A program made the translations under genes and the position numbers. 64,000 bases of DNA, taken from contig CAWCVB010000006.1 in the NCBI GenBank assembly GCA_963798915.1, forward strand, positions 384,001-448,000. Direction: 5' to 3'. Source of the stretch: an uncultured Gemmatimonadales bacterium (GTDB lineage Bacteria; Gemmatimonadota; Gemmatimonadetes; Gemmatimonadales; GWC2-71-9). Position 1 is the stretch's first letter, and each line of letters opens with the position of its first letter. Shown here in pieces: positions 1 through 10,900 of this stretch. Below the pieces are notes generated by a model. The model searched no databases and had not been told where the DNA came from. It worked only from the letters and a program-made list of their open reading frames with translations.

Positions 1-2
1 TC

Positions 3-722
3 GTCAACATCGAACTTGCACTCGCCGACCTTGCAAGCGTCGAAAAGCGACTCGATCGTGCCGCCCGGGCTGCCCGCACCGGCGACCCCGCGGCCCGCGC
101 CGAACTTCGGGTGCTCGAACAGCTGCAGCGTGCGTTGAGTGATGGTCGGGCCGCGCGCACGGTTCGCCTCGAGCCAGATGACGTCGCCATCGCCCGTTCC
201 TTCAACCTCATGACCACGAAACCGGTGCTGTACGCTGCGAACGTGCGTGAGGACGAGATTGCGCCGGGCAACGCGCATGTCGCTGCCCTCGGAGCGGCGG
301 CAGCGGCGGACGGAGAGCAGGCAGAGGTTGTCACTTTTTCGGCGCGAGTGGAAATGGAACTGGCCGAGCTCGAGCCGGACGAGCGGGCCGAGTTCCTGGC
401 CGACTTGGGTCTGTCCGAGAGCGGACTTGACCGGCTTGCCAGAGCGGCCTATCACCTGCTGGGCCTGCAGAGCTACTTCACCGCTGGCGAAAAGGAAGTG
501 CGCGCCTGGACGATCCATCGCGGTGATACGGCGCCGGCGGCCGCCGGCGTGATTCACACTGACTTCGAGAAGGGCTTCATCCGGGCCGAAACGGTGGCGT
601 TCGACGACTTCGTCCGCCTCGGCGGCTGGAAGGGCGCGCGGGACCAGGGGCTCGCGCGGGCGGAAGGCAAGGAGTACATCGTTCAGGATGGCGACGTCAT
701 GCTCTTCCGGTTCAACGTGTAG
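3..722 (+). CDS. ychF: Redox-regulated ATPase YchF (5' truncated by window edge)
   Basis: Frame open from base 3 (VNIELALADL). Contains KPVLYAANV, YFTAGEKEVRAWT, AAGVIHTDFEKGFIRAE and the C-terminus EGKEYIVQDGDVMLFRFNV. Confidence 0.97.
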   Translation, partial: VNIELALADLASVEKRLDRAARAARTGDPAARAELRVLEQLQRALSDGRAARTVRLEPDDVAIARSFNLMTTKPVLYAANVREDEIAPGNAHVAALGAAAAADGEQAEVVTFSARVEMELAELEPDERAEFLADLGLSESGLDRLARAAYHLLGLQSYFTAGEKEVRAWTIHRGDTAPAAAGVIHTDFEKGFIRAETVAFDDFVRLGGWKGARDQGLARAEGKEYIVQDGDVMLFRFNV

Positions 723-803
723 CCTTCTCTCCACCAGTCGTCTCCACGAGGATGGCCCACAACACCTGACGGCCTGCCTGGTCCCCGGCTGCGGGAGATT
801 CTG

Positions 804-2969
804 ATGACGAAACTGCGCCTCGAACGCCTGCGCCCTGCCCGGCTGTTGGCCGTGCTGGCGGGGGCGTTCACCCTGACCTTAGGAACAATGCGCCCAGGGT
901 CAGCACAGGTGCCGGCAGTCGACGCGCCAGTGTCGAAGCTGTCGTGTGATGACGCCTATCGCATGCTGGTGGTGCAGGCAACAGGCCAGCCTCCATCTGT
1001 CGGCTTCCTGCATCCCTCCACCCGCTCCGAGGCAGACAACGCATTGAGGACGCTCACGTATGCGGCCCTCAGCTCACCCCGTTGTCCGGCCGACTATGGC
1101 GTCCGCGCGCTGCTCAAGTGGTATCTCGCGACGACAGAATGGGTCCCCAAGGATGCGCCGGGTCAGCGTCCGGGAATTCCGTGGAACCTCGACGCCATTT
1201 ATGACCTGGCGCTCGCGGGAAAGGCCGGCGGATCAGCCGGCTCGGTGGCGGCAACCATCGCAACTGAACTGCTGCTGACCGACATTCCGTCGATGCCGTA
1301 CGCCATCCGCGAAGTCGGTCCCGCGCTGCTGGACGCGTTCGCGGTGCCATCGGCCATATCCGATACGGTCCGGCAGTTTCAGCGCGGCCGGCTTGCGGCT
1401 TGGCTCTGGGTGCCGGCGGTGGCCGATTCGGCTTTCTCCGCGTATGGCGATGCCGGCGGCGGCGCTGACCGCGCGGCAATGGAACTGGCGCGTGTACGCC
1501 TGGCCCAGTCTCGTGCTGGTGCCGATTCGCTGTATTACCAGGCCGCAGCGTCGTCGGATACAGCAGTCACGCGCGAGCTTCGGCACGACCTGGCCTGGAT
1601 CGCGGACTCGGCGGAGCTGGCGGACTTCGACACCACCACGCCTGCATCGCGCGCGGCATGGCTTCGGAACTTCTGGGAACAGCGCGACCTTGATGCGCTC
1701 CGCGAGCGTGGTGCGCGGCTGGCGGAGCACTACCGCCGGATTGCCTTTGCCAAGGTGAACTTCCGTCTGCTGGTCATGGACCGGAAGTATGAGCTCAACG
1801 AATTGTGGGTCAATCGGCTGGCGCCCTTCGACGATCGCGGGCTGATGTACATCCGGCATGGCGAACCGGACGACACTGCCGCTGCCGTCCGGGCCGGCGC
1901 CTGCCCGAATGTTTCCTGGCTGTATCGGCGGCCGGATGGCAACATGATCTTTCACTTCGTGGCGCGGGAAAATCCGAATGATTGGCGCTTGATCGAGACG
2001 TTGGCCAACGCCGGGGGTGAGGCGGGCGCTACCACGCGGGTCCGCCGGGCCAGCCCCACGCGCAGCTGTGCCGTAATCCCCGACTTGCTGGAGTCACGCG
2101 CTGGGCTCGATCCGCTGTACGCCAAGCTCGCCGTCAGCCCGACCCATCAGAACTGGGAACGCGAACTCGCCATCACGACGCGAAGTCGCGAACTCGGCAC
2201 CACAACTGATTCTGATCCACTGCGCTTCCCTGCCCAGCTCGGGGTAGCCTGGCACGCGTATGCACTGCTCGGTGCGGCACCGGGGCGCGGCCGGGTCCTC
2301 ATCCTTTCGTCGGTGCCCGCGGACGCCCTGACGCCCATCATCGAAAATCCGCCGGGTTACGGATTCCGGATGCGCCTGGTCGCGCAGGCCGCCGACACTG
2401 TCGTGGAAATCGACACCACGCGACGATTCCGGGTGCGGCAGGCGCCTGTGCCCGGGCAGATGCTCACCTTTACCACTGATCTCTCCCTGCCGTCCGGCAC
2501 CTGGAATTTCGGCTCCGTGCTGCGCCAGCCCGCCGACTCCGCGGGCCAGGTCATTCGCACCGCGTCGCTCGTCGTTCCTGATGACGCGACAAGGGACCTG
2601 CAGTCCAGCGACCTGGTGCTCGGCACCGAAACTGGCGGGGAGATGTGGCAGGCGCCCGATGGTCCGTTCATGCTCAGCCCTACCGGCACGTACCGCCAGG
2701 GTGAACCAGTGCTCATGTACTATGAAATTGCCGGGTCACACGGGGGAGAAACACTGACCACGGACGTCACGTTCAGTTCGGAGGACGGTGATAATCGCGT
2801 GTCCTTGAGCTTCACTGAGCAGGCGCCGGGACAGGTCCAGCGGGTCCGACGGAGCATGGCCACCGATCGCCTGCAGCCAGGACGCTACCGTGTCGAGGTC
2901 ACCATTCATTCGGAAGATGGCCGGCAGAAGACCAGCCGCACGACCCTGATCTACGTCGAGAAGCCCTGA
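804..2969 (+). CDS. Exported GWxTD-domain-like protein
   Basis: Signal peptide. FWEQRD...EHYRRIAFA...DDRGLMYIRHGEPD matches the GWxTD core with a variant motif. Beta-rich C-terminal region (LQPGRYRVEV). Confidence 0.7.
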   Translation: MTKLRLERLRPARLLAVLAGAFTLTLGTMRPGSAQVPAVDAPVSKLSCDDAYRMLVVQATGQPPSVGFLHPSTRSEADNALRTLTYAALSSPRCPADYGVRALLKWYLATTEWVPKDAPGQRPGIPWNLDAIYDLALAGKAGGSAGSVAATIATELLLTDIPSMPYAIREVGPALLDAFAVPSAISDTVRQFQRGRLAAWLWVPAVADSAFSAYGDAGGGADRAAMELARVRLAQSRAGADSLYYQAAASSDTAVTRELRHDLAWIADSAELADFDTTTPASRAAWLRNFWEQRDLDALRERGARLAEHYRRIAFAKVNFRLLVMDRKYELNELWVNRLAPFDDRGLMYIRHGEPDDTAAAVRAGACPNVSWLYRRPDGNMIFHFVARENPNDWRLIETLANAGGEAGATTRVRRASPTRSCAVIPDLLESRAGLDPLYAKLAVSPTHQNWERELAITTRSRELGTTTDSDPLRFPAQLGVAWHAYALLGAAPGRGRVLILSSVPADALTPIIENPPGYGFRMRLVAQAADTVVEIDTTRRFRVRQAPVPGQMLTFTTDLSLPSGTWNFGSVLRQPADSAGQVIRTASLVVPDDATRDLQSSDLVLGTETGGEMWQAPDGPFMLSPTGTYRQGEPVLMYYEIAGSHGGETLTTDVTFSSEDGDNRVSLSFTEQAPGQVQRVRRSMATDRLQPGRYRVEVTIHSEDGRQKTSRTTLIYVEKP

Positions 2970-2978
2970 GCCGGCGAG

Positions 2979-3611
2979 TCAGTATCGCTCGGGGGCCAGG
3001 CGCCAGGTGTAGTCGAGCGTCGCCGCATGAACGTTGACGCCTTTCCCAACCCGATATCCGAACTGGCCATCCACGGGAATCATCGGCCGCGCGACCGCGC
3101 CAATTGCTGTCCCGTTGACCAGGAACGAGACCGAGTCAGCCCGGGCCACGATGGCAAGCGTGTTCGGAGCCGGTTGGTCCCCGGCCAGCACGTTGACGGA
3201 GTCCGGGCGAACCCAGGGCAGGTAGATCGTCGAATCGCCGCCATCATGCCGGAATACCCCGGCCATGCCATCCCGACGGACCAGAAATGCAGTGTAACTC
3301 GGCTCGCCATACTCCAGGCCAGTCCCGCCCACGAACAGCCCGAACCCCTCCTCGCTGGAGCCCGGAAAAACAAAGAATTTAGCGGCCATCGTAAACGGCC
3401 CGGCGGCGCGGGCCGTCGGCGCGAAGAGCAGCGCGCCAGGTCCCATGGTGATATGAAACCCAGGCGGCATGGCCTCGAAACGGTAGGCGTCCACCGGCCG
3501 GCCGGCCGAGTCCAGCAACACCTTCCAACCCTTCGGTCCGGGCGGCGCCTGGGCTGCGAGCGAGCCGGCGATTGCAAGCAGAAGCAACGTGGCGAGAGTG
3601 ACTGCCTTCAC
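2979..3611 (-). CDS. Secreted hypothetical protein, possible ConA/DUF1080-like beta-sandwich
   Basis: GTG at 3611 preceded by GGAGG. Signal peptide ending SLAAQ. Beta-strand pattern (GFGLFVGG, VSFLVNG, GQFG). Confidence 0.65.
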   Translation of the reverse strand: MKAVTLATLLLLAIAGSLAAQAPPGPKGWKVLLDSAGRPVDAYRFEAMPPGFHITMGPGALLFAPTARAAGPFTMAAKFFVFPGSSEEGFGLFVGGTGLEYGEPSYTAFLVRRDGMAGVFRHDGGDSTIYLPWVRPDSVNVLAGDQPAPNTLAIVARADSVSFLVNGTAIGAVARPMIPVDGQFGYRVGKGVNVHAATLDYTWRLAPERY

Positions 3612-3705
3612 TGGGGCCTCCCGTGGGTGATCTGGCGAAGCTAGCGCCCCCGGCCGTAGTGCGCGATCCGCTGCCCGACCCCTTTTCCTGACGCGGTGTG
3701 TCGGG

Positions 3706-3779
3706 TATCTTTGCCAGCTCACTCGCATCCTCTTCGGCCCCACACCAGGGCCGGGGCGACCAGTCCAAAGGACGGTGTC
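3706..3779 (+). promoter_or_regulatory. rpsF -10 element (TATCTT) and structured 5' leader, candidate S6:S18 autoregulatory RNA
   Basis: TATCTT 3706-3711. Hairpin CGGCCC-cacacca-GGGCCG followed by unpaired CCA and the AAAGGA SD, with an upstream pyrimidine tract able to pair with the SD. Confidence 0.45.
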
Positions 3780-4121
3780 ATGGCCAACCCGTATGAGGTG
3801 GTCTACATCTTCGACAGTGTGCTCGAAGAAGCGGCCATCAACGAAAAACTCGATCGTTTCCATTCTCTCGTTCAGGTGCCTGATTCCGGCACGCCCTCAG
3901 TGGATCACTGGGGCAAGCGGACACTTGCGTATCCAGTGGCCAACCGGGACACCGGCTACTACGTCGTGGCCCGTTTCCAGGCGGAGGCCGCGGCATTGCC
4001 CGAATTCGAGCGGGCGCTCAAGCTCGACGACGGGCTCCTGCGGCACCTCATCGTGCTGAACGACGGACCGCAGCCGGTCCCGCCGTCTGCCACGAAGTCA
4101 GACGAGGAGGACGACGAATGA
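3780..4121 (+). CDS. rpsF: 30S ribosomal protein S6
   Basis: [26 protein letters not shown] and acidic tail. ATG after AAGGA. Confidence 0.97.
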   Translation: MANPYEVVYIFDSVLEEAAINEKLDRFHSLVQVPDSGTPSVDHWGKRTLAYPVANRDTGYYVVARFQAEAAALPEFERALKLDDGLLRHLIVLNDGPQPVPPSATKSDEEDDE

Positions 4122-4339
4122 AGCGCTCTCACAAGACCTGTGCGATCTGCGAGTCTGGCGTGCGGGTCGTGGACTACAAGGACGAACGGACGCTGCAGCG
4201 GTTTCTGACCGAGCGGGGCAAGATCCTTCCCAGTCGGCTTTCGGGCACGTGTGGCCGCCACCAGCGGCAGCTGGCCACGGCCATCAAGCGGGCGCGCGAA
4301 CTGGCCCTGCTGCCGTACATCAAGGGCCACGCCGGCTGA
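4118..4339 (+). CDS. rpsR: 30S ribosomal protein S18 (Zn-binding C+ form)
   Basis: [42 protein letters not shown] overlap with rpsF. Confidence 0.97.
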   Translation: MKRSHKTCAICESGVRVVDYKDERTLQRFLTERGKILPSRLSGTCGRHQRQLATAIKRARELALLPYIKGHAG

Positions 4340-5301
4340 CGCTGGCCCCGGCGGCGCCCCGCCGCACGTTCCCGTGGGGCCTGGTCGGTCTCCTGGCGGT
4401 GTACGTGCTGCTCGCCCCGCCGATATTCTTTTTCGCCCCACTGGCGCTGCTGCTGCTGGTCGCAGGGCTGCACACGGCGCGCGAGTGGCTGTGGTTTGGG
4501 GTGAGCGCGCTGCTGGCGCTGCTTTGGGCGCTCTCGGGGCTGGCGACGCTCGCAACCGGCGCCGCCGCCGCGGCGGGCATCGTGGCATCCGGCCTCTTCT
4601 GCGGCCTCACCCTGGGCACCGCGTGGCCGGTGTTCCGTCGGGCCATGATCGCAGCGGCAACGGCGATCGGCGTCGTGGGGGCGTGGGCGGATGCGCTGGG
4701 ACAGTCGTGGGCGCAAGTCCAGGCGAGCTTTGCCAGCGGCCTTCGCCTGATGTTCGCCAGTCAGGCGGAGGCCCTCGCGGTCCGCGGCGTGGAGCCGTCA
4801 TTTGTGGAACAGATCCGGGCAATGGCGGACAGCGGCGCACGCCTGGGGCCGTATCTCGCCGCCTTCCTCGTGCTGGGTGCCGTGGCCGGGTTGACACTGG
4901 CCACGAGGTGGGCGGAGCGAATCTCCGACCGCAGCCTGGGCCGCCCGCCGGCGCCGTTCCGGACCTTCAGTTTCTCGGACCAGGCCATCTGGCTGCTGGC
5001 CCTTTCAATCGCGGTCACCCTGCTTGCTCCTCGCCAGGCCGTGTGGCTGGGAGTTCCAGTACGGACCTGGGCGGCGAACGTGGCGCTCATCATGGCGGCC
5101 AGCTACACGCTCCGCGGTCTGGCGATCTATCAGGCTGCGGCCTTGCGAGTACCGCGACTCGTGAATGTGGCGCTGGCCATCCTGTCGGCGTTGCTCTGGC
5201 CTGCCGCGGGCACGGGGCTGGCCCTGCTGGGATTGTCGGATGGCTGGATAGATTTCAGGCGGCGCTTCGGCGTGACGCAACCGGAGGATGAAAAACAATG
5301 A
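4336..5301 (+). CDS. DUF2232/YybS-family membrane protein (start uncertain)
   Basis: Multi-TM protein ending [13 protein letters not shown], in the typical position between rpsR and rplI. Confidence 0.8.
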   Translation: MTLAPAAPRRTFPWGLVGLLAVYVLLAPPIFFFAPLALLLLVAGLHTAREWLWFGVSALLALLWALSGLATLATGAAAAAGIVASGLFCGLTLGTAWPVFRRAMIAAATAIGVVGAWADALGQSWAQVQASFASGLRLMFASQAEALAVRGVEPSFVEQIRAMADSGARLGPYLAAFLVLGAVAGLTLATRWAERISDRSLGRPPAPFRTFSFSDQAIWLLALSIAVTLLAPRQAVWLGVPVRTWAANVALIMAASYTLRGLAIYQAAALRVPRLVNVALAILSALLWPAAGTGLALLGLSDGWIDFRRRFGVTQPEDEKQ

Positions 5302-5747
5302 TCGAAGTGATTCTGCGGGATGACGTGAGTTCGCTCGGCAAGGCCGGGCAGCTTGTCCGGGTGCGCCCTGGGTACGCCCGGAATTACCTGCTGCCGCAGG
5401 GCCTGGCCTACGAGGCGACCGAGGGCAACAAGAAGCGCATCGCCGCGGAGACACGCGCGCGGTCGGTCCGGCTGGCGGCGGAAAAAGACGGCGCCGAGGC
5501 GTTCGCCGCACGGCTCAATGCGGTGACGCTGGCGCTGACCGGAAACGCCGGCGAGGAAGGCAAACTGTTCGGCTCCATCACCAGCGCGGACATTGCGCAG
5601 GCCCTCAAGGCTCAGGGTCTGGAGGTAGATCGGCGCCGGATCGAGCTCGACCAGCCCATCAAGCAGCTGGGTGAGCACATGGTCCCGGTCCGGGTTCATC
5701 CTGAGGTCGAAGCGAAAGTGCGCGTCATGGTCACCGCCGCGGAATAG
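5298..5747 (+). CDS. rplI: 50S ribosomal protein L9
   Basis: VILRDDVSSLGKAG, GYARNYLLPQGLA, GKLFGSIT. Confidence 0.98.
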   Translation: MIEVILRDDVSSLGKAGQLVRVRPGYARNYLLPQGLAYEATEGNKKRIAAETRARSVRLAAEKDGAEAFAARLNAVTLALTGNAGEEGKLFGSITSADIAQALKAQGLEVDRRRIELDQPIKQLGEHMVPVRVHPEVEAKVRVMVTAAE

Positions 5748-5756
5748 CGCGCGACG

Positions 5757-7574
5757 GTGGGGATCTCCTATGTCGACGGGCCGCGACTGGCGCGGTCGTT
5801 CCACGCCGCGTCCGACTGGGTGGCGGCGGGACGCGAGGAGATCAATCGCATCAATGTCTTTCCGGTTCCCGACGGCGATACCGGCACCAACTTCAGCCTG
5901 ACCCTCCGCGCTGTCGCCGACGCCCTGCAGGCGCTCGGCGACGCGCCGCTCGGTGAAACCGCCCGGACAGCCGCAACGGCCGCCGTGCTGGGCGCACGTG
6001 GCAATTCCGGCATGATGGTCGCCCACTTTCTGCTCGGCTTCTCCGATGGCCTCCAACACCTGCCAAGAGCTGACGTTCACACCATTGCACGCGCCATCCG
6101 CCTCGGCTCCAACCACCTCGCAGATGCGCTCGACGATCCCCGCGAAGGAACCATCCTGACCGTCGCGCGCGACGCCGCTGGCGCCGCCGAACGTGCGGCA
6201 CTCGAGACATCCGACCTTGCCGAGTTCATGCAATTGATGCTGGCCGAGGGAGAGAGGGCGCTGGCGGACACGCCAAGGCTGATGGCCGTGCTGCGTGAAG
6301 CGGGCGTGGTGGACGCCGGGGGAATGGGGTTTGTCCGGATGCTCGAGGGTGTGGTCCGGTGCATCGAGGGAGACCCGATCCGTCCGGCCAGCACGTTCTC
6401 CCCGCCGGCGGCCGACCAGCCAACGCCGGCAGCCCTGAGCCAGGTGGCGCACGAGCGCGACTTCCGGTACTGCACCGAGGTGCTGATCCGCGGCGCCGCC
6501 CTCCCTGCGGCCAATGAGGTGCGCTCGGCGATGCACGGCTTCGGCGGATCGGTGGTGGTTGCCACCACGGCCGACGTCCTCAGGATCCATGTGCATACGG
6601 ACACACCCGATGCCGTCTTTACCTTTGCAACGCGATGGGGTGAACTGCAGAGCACCAAGGCCGAGGACATGCGGGCGCAACATGCCCGCCTGGCGCATGC
6701 CGAGCGGCGGTCCGTCGGGGTGGTGACCGACAGCTCGGCGGACCTGCCCGATGCCGTGCTTGATCGCCACGGCATCACCCTGGTCCCATTGCAGGTGGTG
6801 TTCGGTGCGGAGACCTTCCGGGACAGGGTGGAGCTGCGGCCCGACGAGTTCTATCGGCGTCTTCGCGCCGGCAGCACGCTGCCGACCACGTCGCAGCCCG
6901 CACCCGGCGACTTCGTCCGCGTCTTCGGCGACGTGCGGCAGGAGGCGCACGAGGTGGTCGCCGTGCTGCTCTCCGCCGGGCTGTCGGGCACGTACCAGTC
7001 GGCGGTCGCTGCCGCCCGGGCATCGGGTCGTGACGGCATCCACCTGGTCGACAGTCGCAGCGCCTCCCTGGGCGTCGGGCTGCTTGCCCTGCGCGCGGCC
7101 GAACTGGCCGAGGCGGGGTGGACCGGCGACCGGATTGTGCGTGAGCTGGAGCGGATCAAGCGTCGATCAGGCATGCTGCTGACGGTGGACCGGTATGACA
7201 ACCTGCTCCGCTCCGGACGGGTGAGCCGGGGCAAAGCATGGCTGGGCGGCATGCTGGACGTCAAGCCGATCCTCACGTTTGACGACGACGGTCGCGTGGT
7301 TCCTCTCGATCGAGTACGGGGAGCCACCAACCTGGTGCCGCGGGTGCTTGCCCACCTGGAGCGGCTCCTCGCCCCGAGACCGTCACGCGTCCGGTTTGGC
7401 ATCGCCCACGCGGATGCGCCGGATGCCGCCGAGCGGCTGCGCACCGCAATCGTGGCCGCGTTCCGGCCGCTCGACTGCCTGGTCACGCTCGCCACGGGCG
7501 TGCTGGGTGCCCATGTCGGCGTCGGCGCCTGGGCAGTCTTCTACCAGGTGGAGGACGGCGAGGTGGACGGCTGA
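5757..7574 (+). CDS. DAK2 (FakA-like)-DegV (FakB-like) fusion protein
   Basis: N-terminal INVFPVPDGDTGTN, ARGNSG, EGTILTV, VVDAGG, YCTE, IHVHTD. C-terminal VTDSSADL, TTSQP, LSGTY, LLRSGR, VKPIL. Confidence 0.92.
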   Translation: MGISYVDGPRLARSFHAASDWVAAGREEINRINVFPVPDGDTGTNFSLTLRAVADALQALGDAPLGETARTAATAAVLGARGNSGMMVAHFLLGFSDGLQHLPRADVHTIARAIRLGSNHLADALDDPREGTILTVARDAAGAAERAALETSDLAEFMQLMLAEGERALADTPRLMAVLREAGVVDAGGMGFVRMLEGVVRCIEGDPIRPASTFSPPAADQPTPAALSQVAHERDFRYCTEVLIRGAALPAANEVRSAMHGFGGSVVVATTADVLRIHVHTDTPDAVFTFATRWGELQSTKAEDMRAQHARLAHAERRSVGVVTDSSADLPDAVLDRHGITLVPLQVVFGAETFRDRVELRPDEFYRRLRAGSTLPTTSQPAPGDFVRVFGDVRQEAHEVVAVLLSAGLSGTYQSAVAAARASGRDGIHLVDSRSASLGVGLLALRAAELAEAGWTGDRIVRELERIKRRSGMLLTVDRYDNLLRSGRVSRGKAWLGGMLDVKPILTFDDDGRVVPLDRVRGATNLVPRVLAHLERLLAPRPSRVRFGIAHADAPDAAERLRTAIVAAFRPLDCLVTLATGVLGAHVGVGAWAVFYQVEDGEVDG

Positions 7575-7927
7575 TGGCGGCGGAGCTGCCGAGAGACGTG
7601 CGCCGGGCGGTCGACGCAATTGAGGACCTGAAGGGCCAGGCACTTGTGGTGCTCGACCTCCGTGGAGTGAACGACGCCACCGATTTCTTCGTGCTGGCGT
7701 CCGGAACATCGGAAGCGCATGTGCGCGGCATTGCCGAATCGGTGATGGGCAAGATGGACAAGGCGGGCGTGCCTACCCATCATGCAGAAGGTCTCAATTC
7801 CGGACGATGGGTGCTGCTCGACTATGTTGATTTCGTGGTTCACCTGTTCCATCCGGAGACGCGCGCGTTTTACCAGTTGGAGCGGCTCTGGAGCGATGCC
7901 CTGGAGCTGCCGGTCGGTACTCCCTGA
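7574..7927 (+). CDS. rsfS: Ribosome silencing factor
   Basis: DFFVLASGTS, WVLLDYVDFVVHLF, FYQLERLW. Confidence 0.95.
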   Translation: MAAELPRDVRRAVDAIEDLKGQALVVLDLRGVNDATDFFVLASGTSEAHVRGIAESVMGKMDKAGVPTHHAEGLNSGRWVLLDYVDFVVHLFHPETRAFYQLERLWSDALELPVGTP

Positions 7928-7937
7928 AGAGGTCGCC

Positions 7938-10900
7938 ATGTTCCGTCGCCGCCTGCTGGCGCTGTTGCCCCTGCTGCTTGTTCTGCTGCCACATCGGCTG
8001 TCGGCGCAGTACTTCGGGCAGAATAAGGTCCAATACGAAGCCTTCGGTTTCAAGGTCATCAAGACGGAGCACTTTGACGTCTTTTTCTACGAACGCGAAC
8101 GCGAGGCGGCCTTTGACATCGCCCGCATGGCTGAGCGCTCGTACGGACGCCTCTCCCGCGTGCTCAACCACCAGTTCCGCGAGCGCAAGCCGATCATTGT
8201 CTACGCCTCGCACTCGGACTTCATCCAGACCAACGCCACGCCCGGTGAGGTAGGAGAGGGCACCGGCGGCTTCACCGACTTTCTCAAGCACCGGAACATC
8301 TTTCCGCTGACCGGCTCGTACGCCGAGAACGAGCACGTGCTCACGCACGAAATGGTGCACCAGTTCCAGTACGACATTTACTCGGGCGGCAAGGCGGGGG
8401 CCGGCCTGGGCACCCTGATCGCCGTGAATCCACCGCTCTGGTTCATGGAGGGCATGGCGGAATATCTCGCCATCGGGCCGGTGGATCCCAACACGGCCAT
8501 GTGGCTTCGCGATGCGTCGCTGGAGAACAAGCTCCCGTCGATCCGTCAGATGGAGACCGACCCGCGCATCTTTCCCTACCGCTTTGGCGAGGCGCTCCTG
8601 GCTTACATCGGGCAGCGTTGGGGCGACGAAGCCATTGGCGCCATCCTGAGTAATTCGCGCGTCTCCGGCCTCGATGGCGCTTTCCGCCGTACCATCGGGC
8701 TCTCGCTCGACCAGCTTTCCACCCAGTGGCGGGACGCCGTCCTTCGGAAATACCTGCCGGAAATCGGGTCGCGAACCACCGCCGCGGCGGTGGCGCAGCC
8801 ACTGCTGACCGAGGCCAAGTCAGACGGCACGCTGCACCTTGCTCCGGCGTTTTCCCCTGACGGCTCGCGTGTCGCGTACTTCAGTGAAGCCAATTTCTAC
8901 TTCGTGGACCTGTACCTGGCCGATGGACGAACCGGGGAGCGGCAGAAGCGACTCTTCAAGTCCACGTTTGACAGCAACTACGAGACGTTCCGATTCATCA
9001 ACTCGTCGGCGAGCTTCTCGCCGGACGGGAAGTTCATCGTCGTCGCGGCCAAGCGCGGTCCCAAGGACGAGATCCTGGTCATTGACGTGGATCGCAACCG
9101 CGTCGTGGACCGGGTCAAGCTGGAGCTCGACGGCGTCACCACGCCCAGCTTCAGCCCGGATGGCCGTCGTCTGGTCTTCACCGGCTACGATGGCGGCATC
9201 GCGGATCTGTACGTCGTGGACAGGGACGGCCGGAACCTGCGACGGCTGACCAACGACAAGTTCGCCGAATTCGATCCGGTCTGGTCGCCCGACGGCGCCT
9301 CGATCGCCTTCACAACCGATCGAGGGCCAGAGACCGATTTTGACCAGCTGAGCTTCGGCAACTTCCGGATTGCGCTGTATGACCTGGCCGCGGGTGACAT
9401 TCGCGTGCTCGATCAGATGGACACCGGCAAGAACAGCAGTCCCCAATGGGCGCCCGACGGCCGCTCCATCGGATTCATCTCCGACCGGACCGGCGTGAGC
9501 AACGTATTCCTGTATGATCTCGGCGACCAGCAGGTGTATCAGCTCACCGACCTCTACACCGGGGCCCAGGGCATCACACCGCTCAGCCCGGTGCTCAGTT
9601 GGGCTCGCGGCGCCGACCGGATGGCGTTTGTCTACTACGAGAAGGAGAAGTACGACGTCTACGCGATCGACAACCCCAGGAGCTTGAAGCGGGCCCCCTG
9701 GACGCCGGCTCAGGCGGATAGCGCGCATGCCCTGGCGAGCATCGGCGCCAACGGGGCGGCCGCTGCTCCGCCCGACTCAATGGTCAGCGACTCGGCCGCT
9801 GCAGGTCAGCAGCTACCACAGGCCGGTGTGGGCGTCGGGGGCTCGCTCTACCGCTCGCAGCGCGGCTTCCGGGCCGCCAACAAGCTTGGTGCGGTCGACT
9901 CGAGCGCACCGGCGCCAGGCCCGATCTCGATCGTCGCCCTGCTCGACTCGACATCGCTCAACCTGCCGGACACGAACGAGTTCTCGGTCAAGCCATACCG
10001 GGTGCACTTCACGCCCGACTACGTGGCGCGGCCTTCGATCGGCTACACCCGGGATACCTTTGGCCGGGGCTTCTTCGGTGGCAGTGCGGTGCAGCTCAGC
10101 GACATGCTGGGCAACCACCAGATGATCTTTGCCGGCTACGTGAATGGCAGCTTCGTGGAATCACAACTGCTCGGGGTGTATGCGAACCTGACGCACCGGC
10201 TGAACTGGGCCGTGGGTTTGTCGCAGGACCCCTACTTCTTCTTTCAGCAGAGCGAAATCGCCCAGGGGCAGCCGACCACTGACGAGAACACCTTCATCAC
10301 GCACATCCGCCGGATCATCGTACGCCAGGCCTTTGTCACGGCCTCCTATCCGTTCAACCGGTTCAAGCGGGTGGAGCTGTCGCTTCGAGGCAATAACATC
10401 AAGGACGACGATCTGCAGATCCTTGAGCCGTATGATCCGGTCACCGGGCTGCGAACCCGGGACCCTGCCCTCTTCACTGTCGGCAACCCCAGCGCGAACT
10501 ACATCCAGCCCGCCATCGCACTGGTGCATGACAACACGCTGTTCGGGTACACCGGACCGTTCTATGGCCGCCGCTGGCGCTTCGAGGCGGCTGAGAATAT
10601 CGGCACCTGGCACTTCACCCAGTTGCTCGGCGACTATCGTCGCTATGACCAGGTCGTGGGCCCGGTCGTCCTGGCAACGCGAGCATTCTACTTCGGACGG
10701 ATGGGCCGGGATGCCGACCAGTTCCGGCTCTTCGTCGGCTCTACCGACCTGCTTCGTGGCCAGACCTCGGGCTCCTACAGCCGGAACGAATGCCGTAATG
10801 CGAATGACTCAAACACCTACACGGGTTGTGCTGCGCTCGACCGACTGGTGGGCAGCCAGCTCGCGGTCGGCAGCGTGGAACTTCGCTTTCCGATCCTGAC

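Noticed and set aside
5130..7043. 637-aa minus-strand ORF
   Set aside because: Antisense to rplI and the DAK2-DegV gene
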